This document shows, one piece after another, positions 27,315 through 35,665 of a DNA stretch of 61,256 bases. The stretch is taken from positions 1-61,256 of the IMG/VR virus record IMGVR_UViG_3300045988_077016; one strand, given 5' to 3'. A model generated the notes under the pieces. That model made no database searches. It was not told where the DNA came from and was given only the letters and a program-made list of their open reading frames with translations. Made by a program: the position numbers and the translations under genes. This DNA comes from a virus. How positions within the stretch are numbered: position 1 is the first letter of the stretch; the number at the start of each line of letters is the position of its first letter.

Positions 27315-27557
27315 TCACTTTTTAGGATTAAATATATTTTCAGTATTTATGTCTAATAATTTAAAAACTCTATGCTGATATTCTTGTACCATTTGTAAAA
27401 CCATCCAGTTAGGTATCGCATTACTAACATCGGAGGCATCATAAACGGTAAAGCCGCCATTCTTAGTTTTTACAATTCGAATTTCTTTAAAGAGTTTATA
27501 AAATATTCTATCTATCTCCCTAAGAGTTTTTAATTTCTCTTCCTCAGTTAAATCCAT
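27315..27557 (-). CDS. Hypothetical protein (80 aa)
   Basis: ORF with a GGGGGAAA RBS. Confidence 0.6.
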   Translation of the reverse strand: MDLTEEEKLKTLREIDRIFYKLFKEIRIVKTKNGGFTVYDASDVSNAIPNWMVLQMVQEYQHRVFKLLDINTENIFNPKK

Positions 27558-27569
27558 TAAATTTCCCCC

Positions 27570-28151
27570 TTATTTAAGGCCTAAATCATTTTTCGTGTTA
27601 AGTAATGCAGTATCTACTTCATTAAATACTGTGTCCCACAGGTCTTTACGCTGGGTATTAATATCTTCATTAGGGTTTACAGTACGTTTTTCCGAATAAT
27701 CAAACTTATACCAAACGCCGTTAAGCTCTATACTAATACCAGTACCAGCCGAAATCTCAATATTTTCTACGTGACAGTTGCATTTATCTCCACAGCTGCA
27801 CTTTGTTTCTGTTTCAACTTTGTTCTGTACTGATGTGTCAGTGTCATAAGTTTCCGTTTCATGTGTTGTGTCAAGTACAGGTTCGTCTGATTCTGTGGAG
27901 TTTGTTTTCCAAGGCATATCAAGCACTTCTTTAGGCACATCTGCATCAACTGGAGCTTCGTTAGGTTCTTCTACAACATTTGCAGGTGCATCAACCGCAC
28001 CAACAGATTCTTCACCCGGCTCATAGCCACCACATTCTTCGCATGATACTGTAATCTCTTTGTTGTTTTCGTCTAAATCAACAAAATCAATACCATTACA
28101 TTCAGCACAACAAGCATCATTAGGGTCACCAGCATATTTACATTTAAACAT
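27570..28151 (-). CDS. Acidic Cys-cluster protein
   Basis: ATG 28151 behind a CAGGAGGA RBS; the ORF is open to 28193. Motifs CCAEC, CEECG and CSCGDKCNC around an acidic linker. Confidence 0.6.
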   Translation of the reverse strand: MFKCKYAGDPNDACCAECNGIDFVDLDENNKEITVSCEECGGYEPGEESVGAVDAPANVVEEPNEAPVDADVPKEVLDMPWKTNSTESDEPVLDTTHETETYDTDTSVQNKVETETKCSCGDKCNCHVENIEISAGTGISIELNGVWYKFDYSEKRTVNPNEDINTQRKDLWDTVFNEVDTALLNTKNDLGLK

Positions 28152-28170
28152 AATATTATCCTCCTGTAAT

Positions 28171-28467
28171 TTATTTATCAATGTTTTTAACAAGTTCGTC
28201 TACTTGATTTCGGTTAATTAACTCAAGCAGCAGTAATGAATATCCTATAATATCTACAACTGTGTCTGATATACTTTCATTGGTTATTGTAGGATTTTGT
28301 TTGTTTAGTGTTAGATTTTCTAACCTATTGAGTTTATCGGTAATTCTTATAAAGTAGGCATACCAACCGTACTCATTAAATGTACGCTCAAATGCGGCGT
28401 CATAGTCGGTGTTTTTACGCTCAACAAGATTACTGATTGCATTACCAATTGTTTGTATGTTGCCCAT
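28171..28467 (-). CDS. DUF1599-like / MazG-superfamily all-alpha protein
   Basis: KNTDYDAAFERTFNEYGWYAYFIRITDKLNRLENL matches the K..DY...f....G....ir..DK..Rl..L pattern. Confidence 0.45.
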   Translation of the reverse strand: MGNIQTIGNAISNLVERKNTDYDAAFERTFNEYGWYAYFIRITDKLNRLENLTLNKQNPTITNESISDTVVDIIGYSLLLLELINRNQVDELVKNIDK

Positions 28468-28480
28468 ATATTACTCCTTT

Positions 28481-28909
28481 TTAGCTTTTTAAACCAACTC
28501 TAACTGTATGTACTGGTTTACTGTCTATGCAGTTAGTCAATTCAGCTGCATCAATCTGATTGTTGTAAATAGCCTTTTCAAGGGCATCTTCATCTATGTA
28601 CGGCTGCATTTTAACGATGCTGCCCCATAATTCTGTCGAGATTTTACCGTTATCAACCATAGAATTAAGTATTTGTATACAGCTGTCAGTATTAATAGTC
28701 TGTCGATATGATGTTGAAACACTACATTTGATATTATTAACTTCAAGCGTATCAATACCCGCATCAAGATAATAGTTTTTTATTGTTTCTTTTTCATTGT
28801 CACATATCTTTTTAATTGATTTAAGCTGTTTGTCATGGTCATAATAATCCTCTATTAGATGATTAATAGCTGGTTCGTTCGGTTTACCTGTTGTTAAATC
28901 GTTGTTCAT
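28481..28909 (-). CDS. Hypothetical protein
   Basis: ATG 28909 with a GAGGGGGA RBS; the ORF is open to 28933. Confidence 0.55.
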   Translation of the reverse strand: MNNDLTTGKPNEPAINHLIEDYYDHDKQLKSIKKICDNEKETIKNYYLDAGIDTLEVNNIKCSVSTSYRQTINTDSCIQILNSMVDNGKISTELWGSIVKMQPYIDEDALEKAIYNNQIDAAELTNCIDSKPVHTVRVGLKS

Positions 28910-29291
28910 CGAATACATCCCCCTCATAAACAAGTTTACTGTGGATTTCGTGGTAGTCTTTATGTTGTCTTGCTAAAGTTCTTCTACCCTTATTACCTTT
29001 TATGTAGGCATTATTAAAATCAGACATACAGCCTTTATGAGTTGTAACGATTTTAGCTTTGAAGTCTTTAAACATCCACACATCGTCTTTATGGAAGAAC
29101 TTAGTACCTCTTCTGTCTAAGTAGACAAAATCGGGTAATTGAATACCATTAGGCTTGGGAAAATTGGGATTATACCACCACTTAAGCCATTTACGAATTG
29201 TAGACGGGGTAACACCGATTGCATACCCAATGTCTGTTGTTGTTACATAATCATCATTATTTATTACTTTTTGAACTGGTTTTTTAGGCAA
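28884..29291 (-). CDS. HTH DNA-binding protein
   Basis: TTTDIGYAIGVTPSTIRKWLKWW helix-turn-helix. Confidence 0.55.
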   Translation of the reverse strand: MPKKPVQKVINNDDYVTTTDIGYAIGVTPSTIRKWLKWWYNPNFPKPNGIQLPDFVYLDRRGTKFFHKDDVWMFKDFKAKIVTTHKGCMSDFNNAYIKGNKGRRTLARQHKDYHEIHSKLVYEGDVFDEQRFNNR

Positions 29292-29305
29292 ATAAACACA
29301 CCTCC

Positions 29306-31027
29306 TTAGTCTAAAATATAGTGCAACACTTTACCAACATTTTCTTGTGGTAATTTACCGTCAATTAATAAGTCAGCCATTTTACCTTTACCATATACAA
29401 TTTCTTCTATAGCTTCATCTATAGTATTTTTAGTAACTAATGTAATTATGCTGACTGTGCCTTTTGTACCTATTCGATACGCCCTATCTTCTGCCTGGTC
29501 TTTCAATGCCCTGTTCCATGGGCTATCCATAAAAATAACTGTCTGTGCAGCTGTGAGCGTAAAACCAGTACCCAAAGCACCTATTGTACCTATAATGACT
29601 TCGCAATTTTTATCGTTCTGGAATCTCACTTTTTCAATATTACGTGTGGTCTCATCGACATCACCGGTTATATAAGCTGGGTGATATTTGGCTAACTTAT
29701 CCCGTATAACATCTGTTACAGCTGACCAATTGGAGAATATAATGCACTTTTCATTCTTCATGTGTATTTCCTCCACTAATTCAAGTAATCTGTCCATCTT
29801 AGCTGATACTTGTACAGTACTACTTAAAATGCCTGTCCAAGCGGTGGCTTGTCGTAGCCTAATTAATTCAGACATGGGATTATGTGAGAGCTGTATTTTA
29901 TCAATGTCTTTTCGTAATGCCGTTTTTACTTCTTCATAGATTTTAGCCTGTTTTTTGTCCAACTCAACATATTCTGTCGAACGAACCTTCGGCGGCAAAT
30001 CAAGCACCTCTGTTTTTAATCTACGTAACATAGCTACACTCATAATAGATTGTAATTCATCTAAGTTTTTATAGCTTAAAACTTCTGTACCTGCATACCC
30101 ACCTAAAACACAGTAATGTTTTTTAAATTCGTAAAAACTGCTGTTGATATAATTAGTCCATTTAAGGGGTACAAATAAATCTAATGGTGTATTCATTAAA
30201 AATGTACCACTCAAAGCTATTTTTCTTTTACATTTTAAGGCTAAAATAGCTCTACCCTGTAGGGACGTTGGATTACGTGATTTATGTGCTTCATCAAATA
30301 TTACAGCATCAATTTCGCCCATTTTACAGAGGTTATTTATACACTCCACCATGGGGAACACATATTTACCACTTTTCTTGTAAGCTAATTGCCTAAGTGT
30401 TTCGATGTTTGTAATGATGAAGTAATTGTCGGGTAAATTATTGAGGTCATTTAACTTATCGTCACTGTTACCTATGTATTTTTTACCCTTTTTAGTGTAT
30501 CTTGTACCCAAAATCCACGATTTTTCATTGCTGTGTATTTTAACTTCTTCTTCCCAGTTGTATTTAAGCCCATTAACACCACAGATAATTAAACAGTGTT
30601 TAGCGTTATTACGCTCTTTATTAATTGTGCATATGTCTATTATCTGTTTAGTTTTACCTAAACCTTGGTCATCACCCAATAGCCAGGTGTCATGCTCAAG
30701 GCCATAATTAATGCCATCAAGCTGATAACTATAAGGCTGTGTTTTAAACTTAAAATCAGCCGGTATCAAACTCCCGCCCTTTTCAACACTCCTTTCAAAT
30801 GTGCCTGTTAATTTGATTGTATAATCTTTTAATACTTTATTACATACAATAGCAATTAATGAGTATGGTATTTCCCAGCATCGTTTATCAGCTAAATATA
30901 TACGGGTAGACAGTGATTTTATTTTGGTGATTAAATCAGAGTCGTAATCACAGTATATAAAGCCAGAATATGGATTAATTATACTTTTCTTTAGCTTAAC
31001 AGGTTTATCAATAACTATTTCTACCAT
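29306..31027 (-). CDS. SNF2-family helicase/translocase
   Basis: Motif I DDQGLGKT, motif II FDEAHKSRN, LSGTFLMNTPLDLF, and helicase C motif DRAYRIGT. ATG 31027 is downstream of the promoter; the ORF-track start at 31066 lies inside the promoter. Confidence 0.85.
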   Translation of the reverse strand: MVEIVIDKPVKLKKSIINPYSGFIYCDYDSDLITKIKSLSTRIYLADKRCWEIPYSLIAIVCNKVLKDYTIKLTGTFERSVEKGGSLIPADFKFKTQPYSYQLDGINYGLEHDTWLLGDDQGLGKTKQIIDICTINKERNNAKHCLIICGVNGLKYNWEEEVKIHSNEKSWILGTRYTKKGKKYIGNSDDKLNDLNNLPDNYFIITNIETLRQLAYKKSGKYVFPMVECINNLCKMGEIDAVIFDEAHKSRNPTSLQGRAILALKCKRKIALSGTFLMNTPLDLFVPLKWTNYINSSFYEFKKHYCVLGGYAGTEVLSYKNLDELQSIMSVAMLRRLKTEVLDLPPKVRSTEYVELDKKQAKIYEEVKTALRKDIDKIQLSHNPMSELIRLRQATAWTGILSSTVQVSAKMDRLLELVEEIHMKNEKCIIFSNWSAVTDVIRDKLAKYHPAYITGDVDETTRNIEKVRFQNDKNCEVIIGTIGALGTGFTLTAAQTVIFMDSPWNRALKDQAEDRAYRIGTKGTVSIITLVTKNTIDEAIEEIVYGKGKMADLLIDGKLPQENVGKVLHYILD

Positions 31028-31056
31028 CTGTACAATCTCACCTCCTTTATGAGTAG

Positions 31057-31085
31057 AATATAACACGAGTGTAACATATTGTCAA
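31057..31085 (-). promoter_or_regulatory. Sigma-70-type promoter heading the minus-strand replication operon
   Basis: Minus strand: TTGACA, 17 nt, TGtTATATT. Closely related in sequence to the plus-strand early cassette promoter. Confidence 0.65.
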
Positions 31086-31093
31086 GAGTTTTT

Positions 31094-31133
31094 AATAAAA
31101 AAAATAAACAGCAGTATAAAAACTGCTGTTTAT
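31094..31133 (-). terminator. Intrinsic terminator closing the cargo/late transcription unit
   Basis: 12-bp stem ATAAACAGCAGT/ACTGCTGTTTAT with a 6-nt loop, followed on the minus strand by T7-8. Confidence 0.8.
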
Positions 31134-31282
31134 CAGAGGATAATACATTGATTATTTTATTTGCGTGTCGCCAAACACACAAAAACAAGAAGAGATTAAC
31201 ATTAAATAAATTTAAGGAAAGTAATCAGAAAACAAATGTTATTTGTTTGTACTTTTTATGTTAGCACACATTTTAAATTATG

Positions 31283-31753
31283 TCAATATGATTTAACAAC
31301 TTTTTGATAATATCTCCAAGCTTTACCTTCTGCCACATCTATATCTTCTAACCATGCTTTAGCTAATTGTATATATGTGTTTGAATCATTGCCAAACACA
31401 CCATAATTATCACTGTAAAGCATATTTAACACAAAATAGAAGTCATACTCATTAAAGCGTTTAAAAACAATGCCCGCTTGTTTAGCTGCATTTGTTGTTT
31501 GTTCTAAATCCCAATGTTCACCGACTGAGCCGTCCATGTTTTGCATACCAGCAACGGCGGCATGAGCGGTTTCTTTATCGAAATGCTCACCATAAACACT
31601 TACGTATAAATCGTTGGAAACCATTTTCTCTATTTTAGGATTTTCTATTTTTAAATCCGTTAATAGTTCATTAAAAATGTTAACCCACTCATTGAATATG
31701 TTTAGTGCATCATCCTTATTACGTACTTCTTCATAAAGCTGTTTAATGGTCAT
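31283..31753 (-). CDS. Hypothetical protein (cargo operon)
   Basis: ATG 31753 overlaps the upstream TAA (TAATG) behind GGGAGGTG. No recognised motif. Confidence 0.6.
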   Translation of the reverse strand: MTIKQLYEEVRNKDDALNIFNEWVNIFNELLTDLKIENPKIEKMVSNDLYVSVYGEHFDKETAHAAVAGMQNMDGSVGEHWDLEQTTNAAKQAGIVFKRFNEYDFYFVLNMLYSDNYGVFGNDSNTYIQLAKAWLEDIDVAEGKAWRYYQKVVKSY

Positions 31754-32121
31754 TAACACACCTCCCAAGCACCCCAAATTATACTATCGCCACAATCCCA
31801 TGTGTCATATATAGTACCGTCTATAATGCAGGTAATATGACCTCTCATAGTCAGCAAATATGTGCCAAATGAGTGCGTTGTTATAAATTGTTTTATACTC
31901 AATCTACGCCCATCACACCTATAACAAACACTGGGGTAAAGTCTGTTTAGATATTTTTCCACAAACCCCACATCGTCAAGTATTGTACATTGTTGTTGGG
32001 CTAATATACTTAAATCAGTATAGACTTCGTCCCAATCTTTGTGTTGGGCAGTACTTATAGCTCTTATAACACAATCATTTACTTGACGATTTTGTGGGTT
32101 GCAGTTATAGTACTTATACAT
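31753..32121 (-). CDS. Cys-His(-Asp) papain-like peptidase/transferase-fold candidate (cargo operon)
   Basis: NRQVNDCVIRAIS (candidate nucleophile Cys) and RGHITCIIDGTIYDTWD (candidate His/Asp). Assigned by eye only. Confidence 0.35.
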   Translation of the reverse strand: MYKYYNCNPQNRQVNDCVIRAISTAQHKDWDEVYTDLSILAQQQCTILDDVGFVEKYLNRLYPSVCYRCDGRRLSIKQFITTHSFGTYLLTMRGHITCIIDGTIYDTWDCGDSIIWGAWEVC

Positions 32122-32612
32122 CAGAGTTCTTTAATTTTGCGGGCGTATTTTTTAATTATATCAACACCTTCTTGACCGTCTACACTTTCCTGAAGCTCCT
32201 CGATAAAACAAACTACACTGTCCATCATATATTCAAGAGCCTCTAAGCTCTTATCTTTGGCACCATAGTTACCGCCCCTACGGTATTCATCGTAGCTGTC
32301 CATGTAGTCATCGTAGCCATCCATCATACGTGTAAAATACATTTTAGGGGCATGGCGATTATATCTACCGCTCATGTCTCTATCATCGTCACGCATCATA
32401 TATCTACCACGACTATCTCTACGTCTTGCACCAAAATCCTCATCGTAATCTCGTCTATATCTCATGGTTACTGCCTCCTTTTGACATTCTTCGTCAACTA
32501 AATTTTTATGAACCGCAACAAGTGTTTGTAGTGTACTAAGATTATCAGTGTCAATACCACTATTTTCAATATTCTTAATACTTTGTTCGATTAATTCTTT
32601 TATTTTATCCAT
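32121..32612 (-). CDS. D/R/Y/M-rich protein (cargo operon)
   Basis: TAAGGAG RBS before ATG 32612. The central ~70 aa are dominated by R, D, Y and M (RYRRDYDEDFGARRRDSRGRYMMRDDDRDMSGRYNR...). Confidence 0.6.
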   Translation of the reverse strand: MDKIKELIEQSIKNIENSGIDTDNLSTLQTLVAVHKNLVDEECQKEAVTMRYRRDYDEDFGARRRDSRGRYMMRDDDRDMSGRYNRHAPKMYFTRMMDGYDDYMDSYDEYRRGGNYGAKDKSLEALEYMMDSVVCFIEELQESVDGQEGVDIIKKYARKIKEL

Positions 32613-32624
32613 AATCAACACTCC

Positions 32625-33014
32625 TTACACTGTTGCGGTAGTAAGTAATGTTGCAGGTGTTACTGATGTACACGGTAAACAGTTTTTACCAATGTACTTA
32701 AATACACCTGTTCCTACTGCTGTCGATACTCTTGTGGGGTAAATCCTACGTGTTCTGAGTTGTGAAGCATAGATTGGTGTACAATCTTTATTTAAAAAGT
32801 CGAATACAGTTGTACCACCGTTTATAGTAAACACAACTGGTGTTGCTATTGTTACCGTAGTGGGTATTGTTTGAGCAATCACAATACAGTATCTACCATT
32901 GTTTAGATAGTTGCCTTCGGGTAAGTCTATTGTTAATTGGTTATTTGCAAATGTAACACTTCTTGATATTACAAGGTTGTTACACAGTTTACAGTTGTTA
33001 ATGCAATTAGACAT
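32625..33014 (-). CDS. Cys-capped beta-rich small protein (cargo operon)
   Basis: N-terminus MSNCINNCKLCNN, a T/V/I-rich body, and C-terminal CLPC. AAAGGAGG RBS. Confidence 0.65.
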   Translation of the reverse strand: MSNCINNCKLCNNLVISRSVTFANNQLTIDLPEGNYLNNGRYCIVIAQTIPTTVTIATPVVFTINGGTTVFDFLNKDCTPIYASQLRTRRIYPTRVSTAVGTGVFKYIGKNCLPCTSVTPATLLTTATV

Positions 33015-33107
33015 TATATAACCTCCTTTGCTTAAAATAATAGGAGATAGTGTGGTTTACTATCTCCTATAAATCACACTAAAATAATAGTGGAAATATT
33101 TAATTAA

Positions 33108-33926
33108 TTATGCACAGCAGCCGCCGTTGTTGTAACCACAGCCGGTTGTATTATATCCATAGGGATATGAATAGCTCTGATAGGGTGAGCAGGTAAGATA
33201 TGCCGGAATTGGTACGGGTTTAAGCTGATTAACCAGTGTCTGTGTCTGTGCATTATTCTGTAATGCAAGTTGAGCAGACTGTAACTCAGTTCTAAGGGCT
33301 GTAATCTCATTCTGTGTAAGCGTGTCAATAATTCTTTGTGTGTTAGCATTATTGGCATTAATAATGTCACAAGTATTCTTTGCCATATTATAGTTTACAC
33401 CGTCAATACTTCTCTGTGTTTCACAGCAGCAGTTTTGGAGATTAAAACCAAGTGTGTTAATGGCCTGATTTACGCCATTGAAACCGTTGCAAAGGTTAGA
33501 ATTGATTGCATTTGAGTTGGAATTTATAGCGTCCCTTGTCTGATAACCTGTTTCAGCAATACTTGACTGTGTTTTGCAGCAACATTCAAGGAGCTGATAA
33601 CCAAGGTTAGCAATGCTACTGTTCATTGAATAAAAACCATCACAAATACCGTTTTGAATACCTCTTGCAGCGTTATCAAGCTGACTGAAATTCATGGCAT
33701 CTGAAAGGCTCTGTTGTGTCGCAGGTGTGCAACAAGGTGACCAATTAGCAGCACTGTTACCATCATTGCCATTTCCATTAAAACCGTTTCTGCCCCAACC
33801 GAGGAATGCGAAGATGAGGAATACTATAATCCACCAACTGCCACCATCTCCCCAAGAGTTATTACGATTGTTGTCATTAGTCAAAAGGGCAACATCCGAA
33901 GCACTTAAACCGTCTGAATAAGCCAT
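33108..33926 (-). CDS. Single-pass membrane protein with duplicated CCC-containing repeats and a Y/G/C-rich tail (cargo operon)
   Basis: TM segment WWIIVFLIFAFLGW. Two ~45-aa repeats (CDGF..N..IANLGYQLLECCCKTQSSI and CNGF..NQAINTLGFNLQNCCCETQRSI). Coiled-coil-like ITALRTELQSAQLALQNNAQ. Tail reads CSPYQSYSYPYGYNTTGCGYNNGGCCA. Confidence 0.7.
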   Translation of the reverse strand: MAYSDGLSASDVALLTNDNNRNNSWGDGGSWWIIVFLIFAFLGWGRNGFNGNGNDGNSAANWSPCCTPATQQSLSDAMNFSQLDNAARGIQNGICDGFYSMNSSIANLGYQLLECCCKTQSSIAETGYQTRDAINSNSNAINSNLCNGFNGVNQAINTLGFNLQNCCCETQRSIDGVNYNMAKNTCDIINANNANTQRIIDTLTQNEITALRTELQSAQLALQNNAQTQTLVNQLKPVPIPAYLTCSPYQSYSYPYGYNTTGCGYNNGGCCA

Positions 33927-33977
33927 AATAAAACCTCCTTAAAAAAATAAATTATTGTATATAAGTTTTTGCAAAAA

Positions 33978-34223
33978 CTATCTTTTATTAATATTCTGCA
34001 TAAAAGCGGGAAATTCTTTGTCGAAATCTATACCACGTTCTTTTAAAATATTTCGGGCAAACTGCTCTACTTGCTGACTTTGACCATTGTTTGCCATGTT
34101 TATAAGATTAGTAATCATGGGATTTTTATTCATGCCCATCATTGATAAGGCATTCATAAGCAACTGTTGAGGATTGCCTCCACCGCTCATAAACATCTGC
34201 AATATCTGCATAGGGTTATTCAT
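33978..34223 (-). CDS. Met/Asn/Gln-rich small protein (cargo operon)
   Basis: 81-aa ORF, ATGA-coupled to the upstream gene. Ends in TAG. Confidence 0.6.
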   Translation of the reverse strand: MNNPMQILQMFMSGGGNPQQLLMNALSMMGMNKNPMITNLINMANNGQSQQVEQFARNILKERGIDFDKEFPAFMQNINKR

Positions 34224-34729
34224 TAATTATCACCCTTCCTTTTATAATCTTTTAAATCATCTGTTAAGTCACGTAACTGACGTTTGATGCTTTTGATTTC
34301 TTCTTTAACATCTTTCATATCCTTGGGTTCTTGTTTTAACATTTCCTGTACATCGTCTACTGTTACATATTTAGGCTGTTCCTGTTTTATATCATCAGGC
34401 GTTACAGGTTTATAAATAACTGTTTTACTGGTGCCATCCATTTGAAGTTGTTTAGTTACAATAGCACTACCATCAGTAATGGGAAAATAGCTAATACTAC
34501 CATCAAGAGGTATGTCTGTTGCTTTTACAACTTCAATACTATCAACTGATTTACCCTGTAATCCCACAGTCTGTACAGGTGTTTGTGGCATAAACTGTTG
34601 AGTATTTGGCTGTGTGTACTGTGGCTGAGGTTGGGAAAACTGTGGATATTGTTGCTCTAACATACCCAATCTCTGCTGTTGTTGCATCATCATTTGTGGG
34701 TTATACTGATACATGTTATTACCAAACAT
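34223..34729 (-). CDS. Protein with a Q-rich (prion-like) N-terminus (cargo operon)
   Basis: 17 Gln in the first 55 residues (QMMMQQQQRLGMLEQQYPQFSQPQPQYTQPNTQQ), then a beta-rich core and a charged coiled-coil tail. Confidence 0.65.
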   Translation of the reverse strand: MFGNNMYQYNPQMMMQQQQRLGMLEQQYPQFSQPQPQYTQPNTQQFMPQTPVQTVGLQGKSVDSIEVVKATDIPLDGSISYFPITDGSAIVTKQLQMDGTSKTVIYKPVTPDDIKQEQPKYVTVDDVQEMLKQEPKDMKDVKEEIKSIKRQLRDLTDDLKDYKRKGDN

Positions 34730-34730
34730 A

Positions 34731-34850
34731 TTAATACCTCCTGTACTTTTTAATCTTAGCGGCTAAAAGGCTGGCAGCTTGTTCAGCATCAGTCTTAGAC
34801 CAACCACCTACATTAATTAAGTAATCAACTAACATCTTATCTGTCAACAT
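34731..34850 (-). CDS. Possible 39-aa protein, below the ORF-track cutoff
   Basis: ATG behind a TGGAGG RBS. Translation is MLTDKMLVDYLINVGGWSKTDAEQAASLLAAKIKKYRRY. The stop lies 1 nt before the next ATG. Confidence 0.4.
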   Translation of the reverse strand: MLTDKMLVDYLINVGGWSKTDAEQAASLLAAKIKKYRRY

Positions 34851-34895
34851 TCTACCAGCCTCCAATTATTATTTATCTTATGTATTTATTATCGC

Positions 34896-34935
34896 ACAAA
34901 AATAAAGCTATCGTTTAATAATTAAACAATAGCTT
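34896..34935 (-). terminator. Intrinsic terminator after the sigma-like gene
   Basis: 12-bp stem AAGCTATCGTTT/AAACAATAGCTT (1 mismatch) with a 7-nt loop. Minus strand continues TTTATTTTTG. Confidence 0.6.
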
Positions 34936-34958
34936 ATAGATATAAATTTAACATAGAT

Positions 34959-35282
34959 TTAATTCGTTTTTAATATGTCTAAATATTGCTGTAATTCGGG
35001 CGATAATAAAACGCCTTGTGTATCTAACAAATACTTAAGCTGTTTTCGAGCTTTAGTGATTAAATTGTCAATGGATTCTTTTGTTAAATTCATTTCTTCC
35101 GCAATTTCAACATGAGATTTTTCTTCGACATAAAACAACCACAATACCTTTTCGTACCTATATTTTAGACCAATAGAAGAAATGATTAGTTTTAAATACA
35201 CTTTAGACATACGTTTTAATAGATTATTAAATTCGCTTTGTGTTGTATCAGCCACATCGTAATCCTCCTTAAAATTGTACAA
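34959..35282 (-). CDS. Sigma-70 region-4-like HTH protein (107 aa)
   Basis: KVLWLFYVEEKSHVEIAEEMNLTKESIDNLITKARKQL matches the region 4.2 pattern. No region 2 is present. Confidence 0.6.
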   Translation of the reverse strand: MYNFKEDYDVADTTQSEFNNLLKRMSKVYLKLIISSIGLKYRYEKVLWLFYVEEKSHVEIAEEMNLTKESIDNLITKARKQLKYLLDTQGVLLSPELQQYLDILKTN

Positions 35283-35314
35283 TATGGTTAAGGATTAGAT
35301 ATATTGCACTTAAA

Positions 35315-35665
35315 CTATTCTGCTTTGTTATAGGCATTACTTTGGGATAATGTACTATCTGAAATGTCGTTTAGTATTATACCATTATCTCCAGCGACCA
35401 TTTCTTCTGCTGTTTGTTCAGAACATAAAGAACCATTACTTAAAAAGTCACATAAATTTTGCTGTGCTTTACTGTATGTTATTACCAATGCGGTGCTAAA
35501 TATTGCTACAACCAAAACTACACAGATAAACGCTATTTTAATAATACTCACAAGTTTTTCATTTACATCTTTATAAACAGCCGCATCTTTAACTTTTCTG
35601 TCGAGTTTTTCCTGTAGCATTTCCATTTTGTTTAGTTCTTGTTCGATTGTATCAAAATTTTGCAT
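35315..35665 (-). CDS. Coiled-coil plus TM protein (XhlA-like lysis accessory candidate)
   Basis: N-terminal coiled coil, TM IIKIAFICVVLVVAIFSTALVI. Adjacent to the endolysin. Ends in TAG. Confidence 0.45.
   Translation of the reverse strand: MQNFDTIEQELNKMEMLQEKLDRKVKDAAVYKDVNEKLVSIIKIAFICVVLVVAIFSTALVITYSKAQQNLCDFLSNGSLCSEQTAEEMVAGDNGIILNDISDSTLSQSNAYNKAE

Noticed and set aside
33104-33921. Alternative ORFs 33104..33370 (-) and 33694..33921 (+) overlapping the Cys-rich gene
   Set aside because: They lie within or antisense to the 272-aa ORF, which has an AAGGAGG RBS and internal repeat structure. The alternatives lack start signals.
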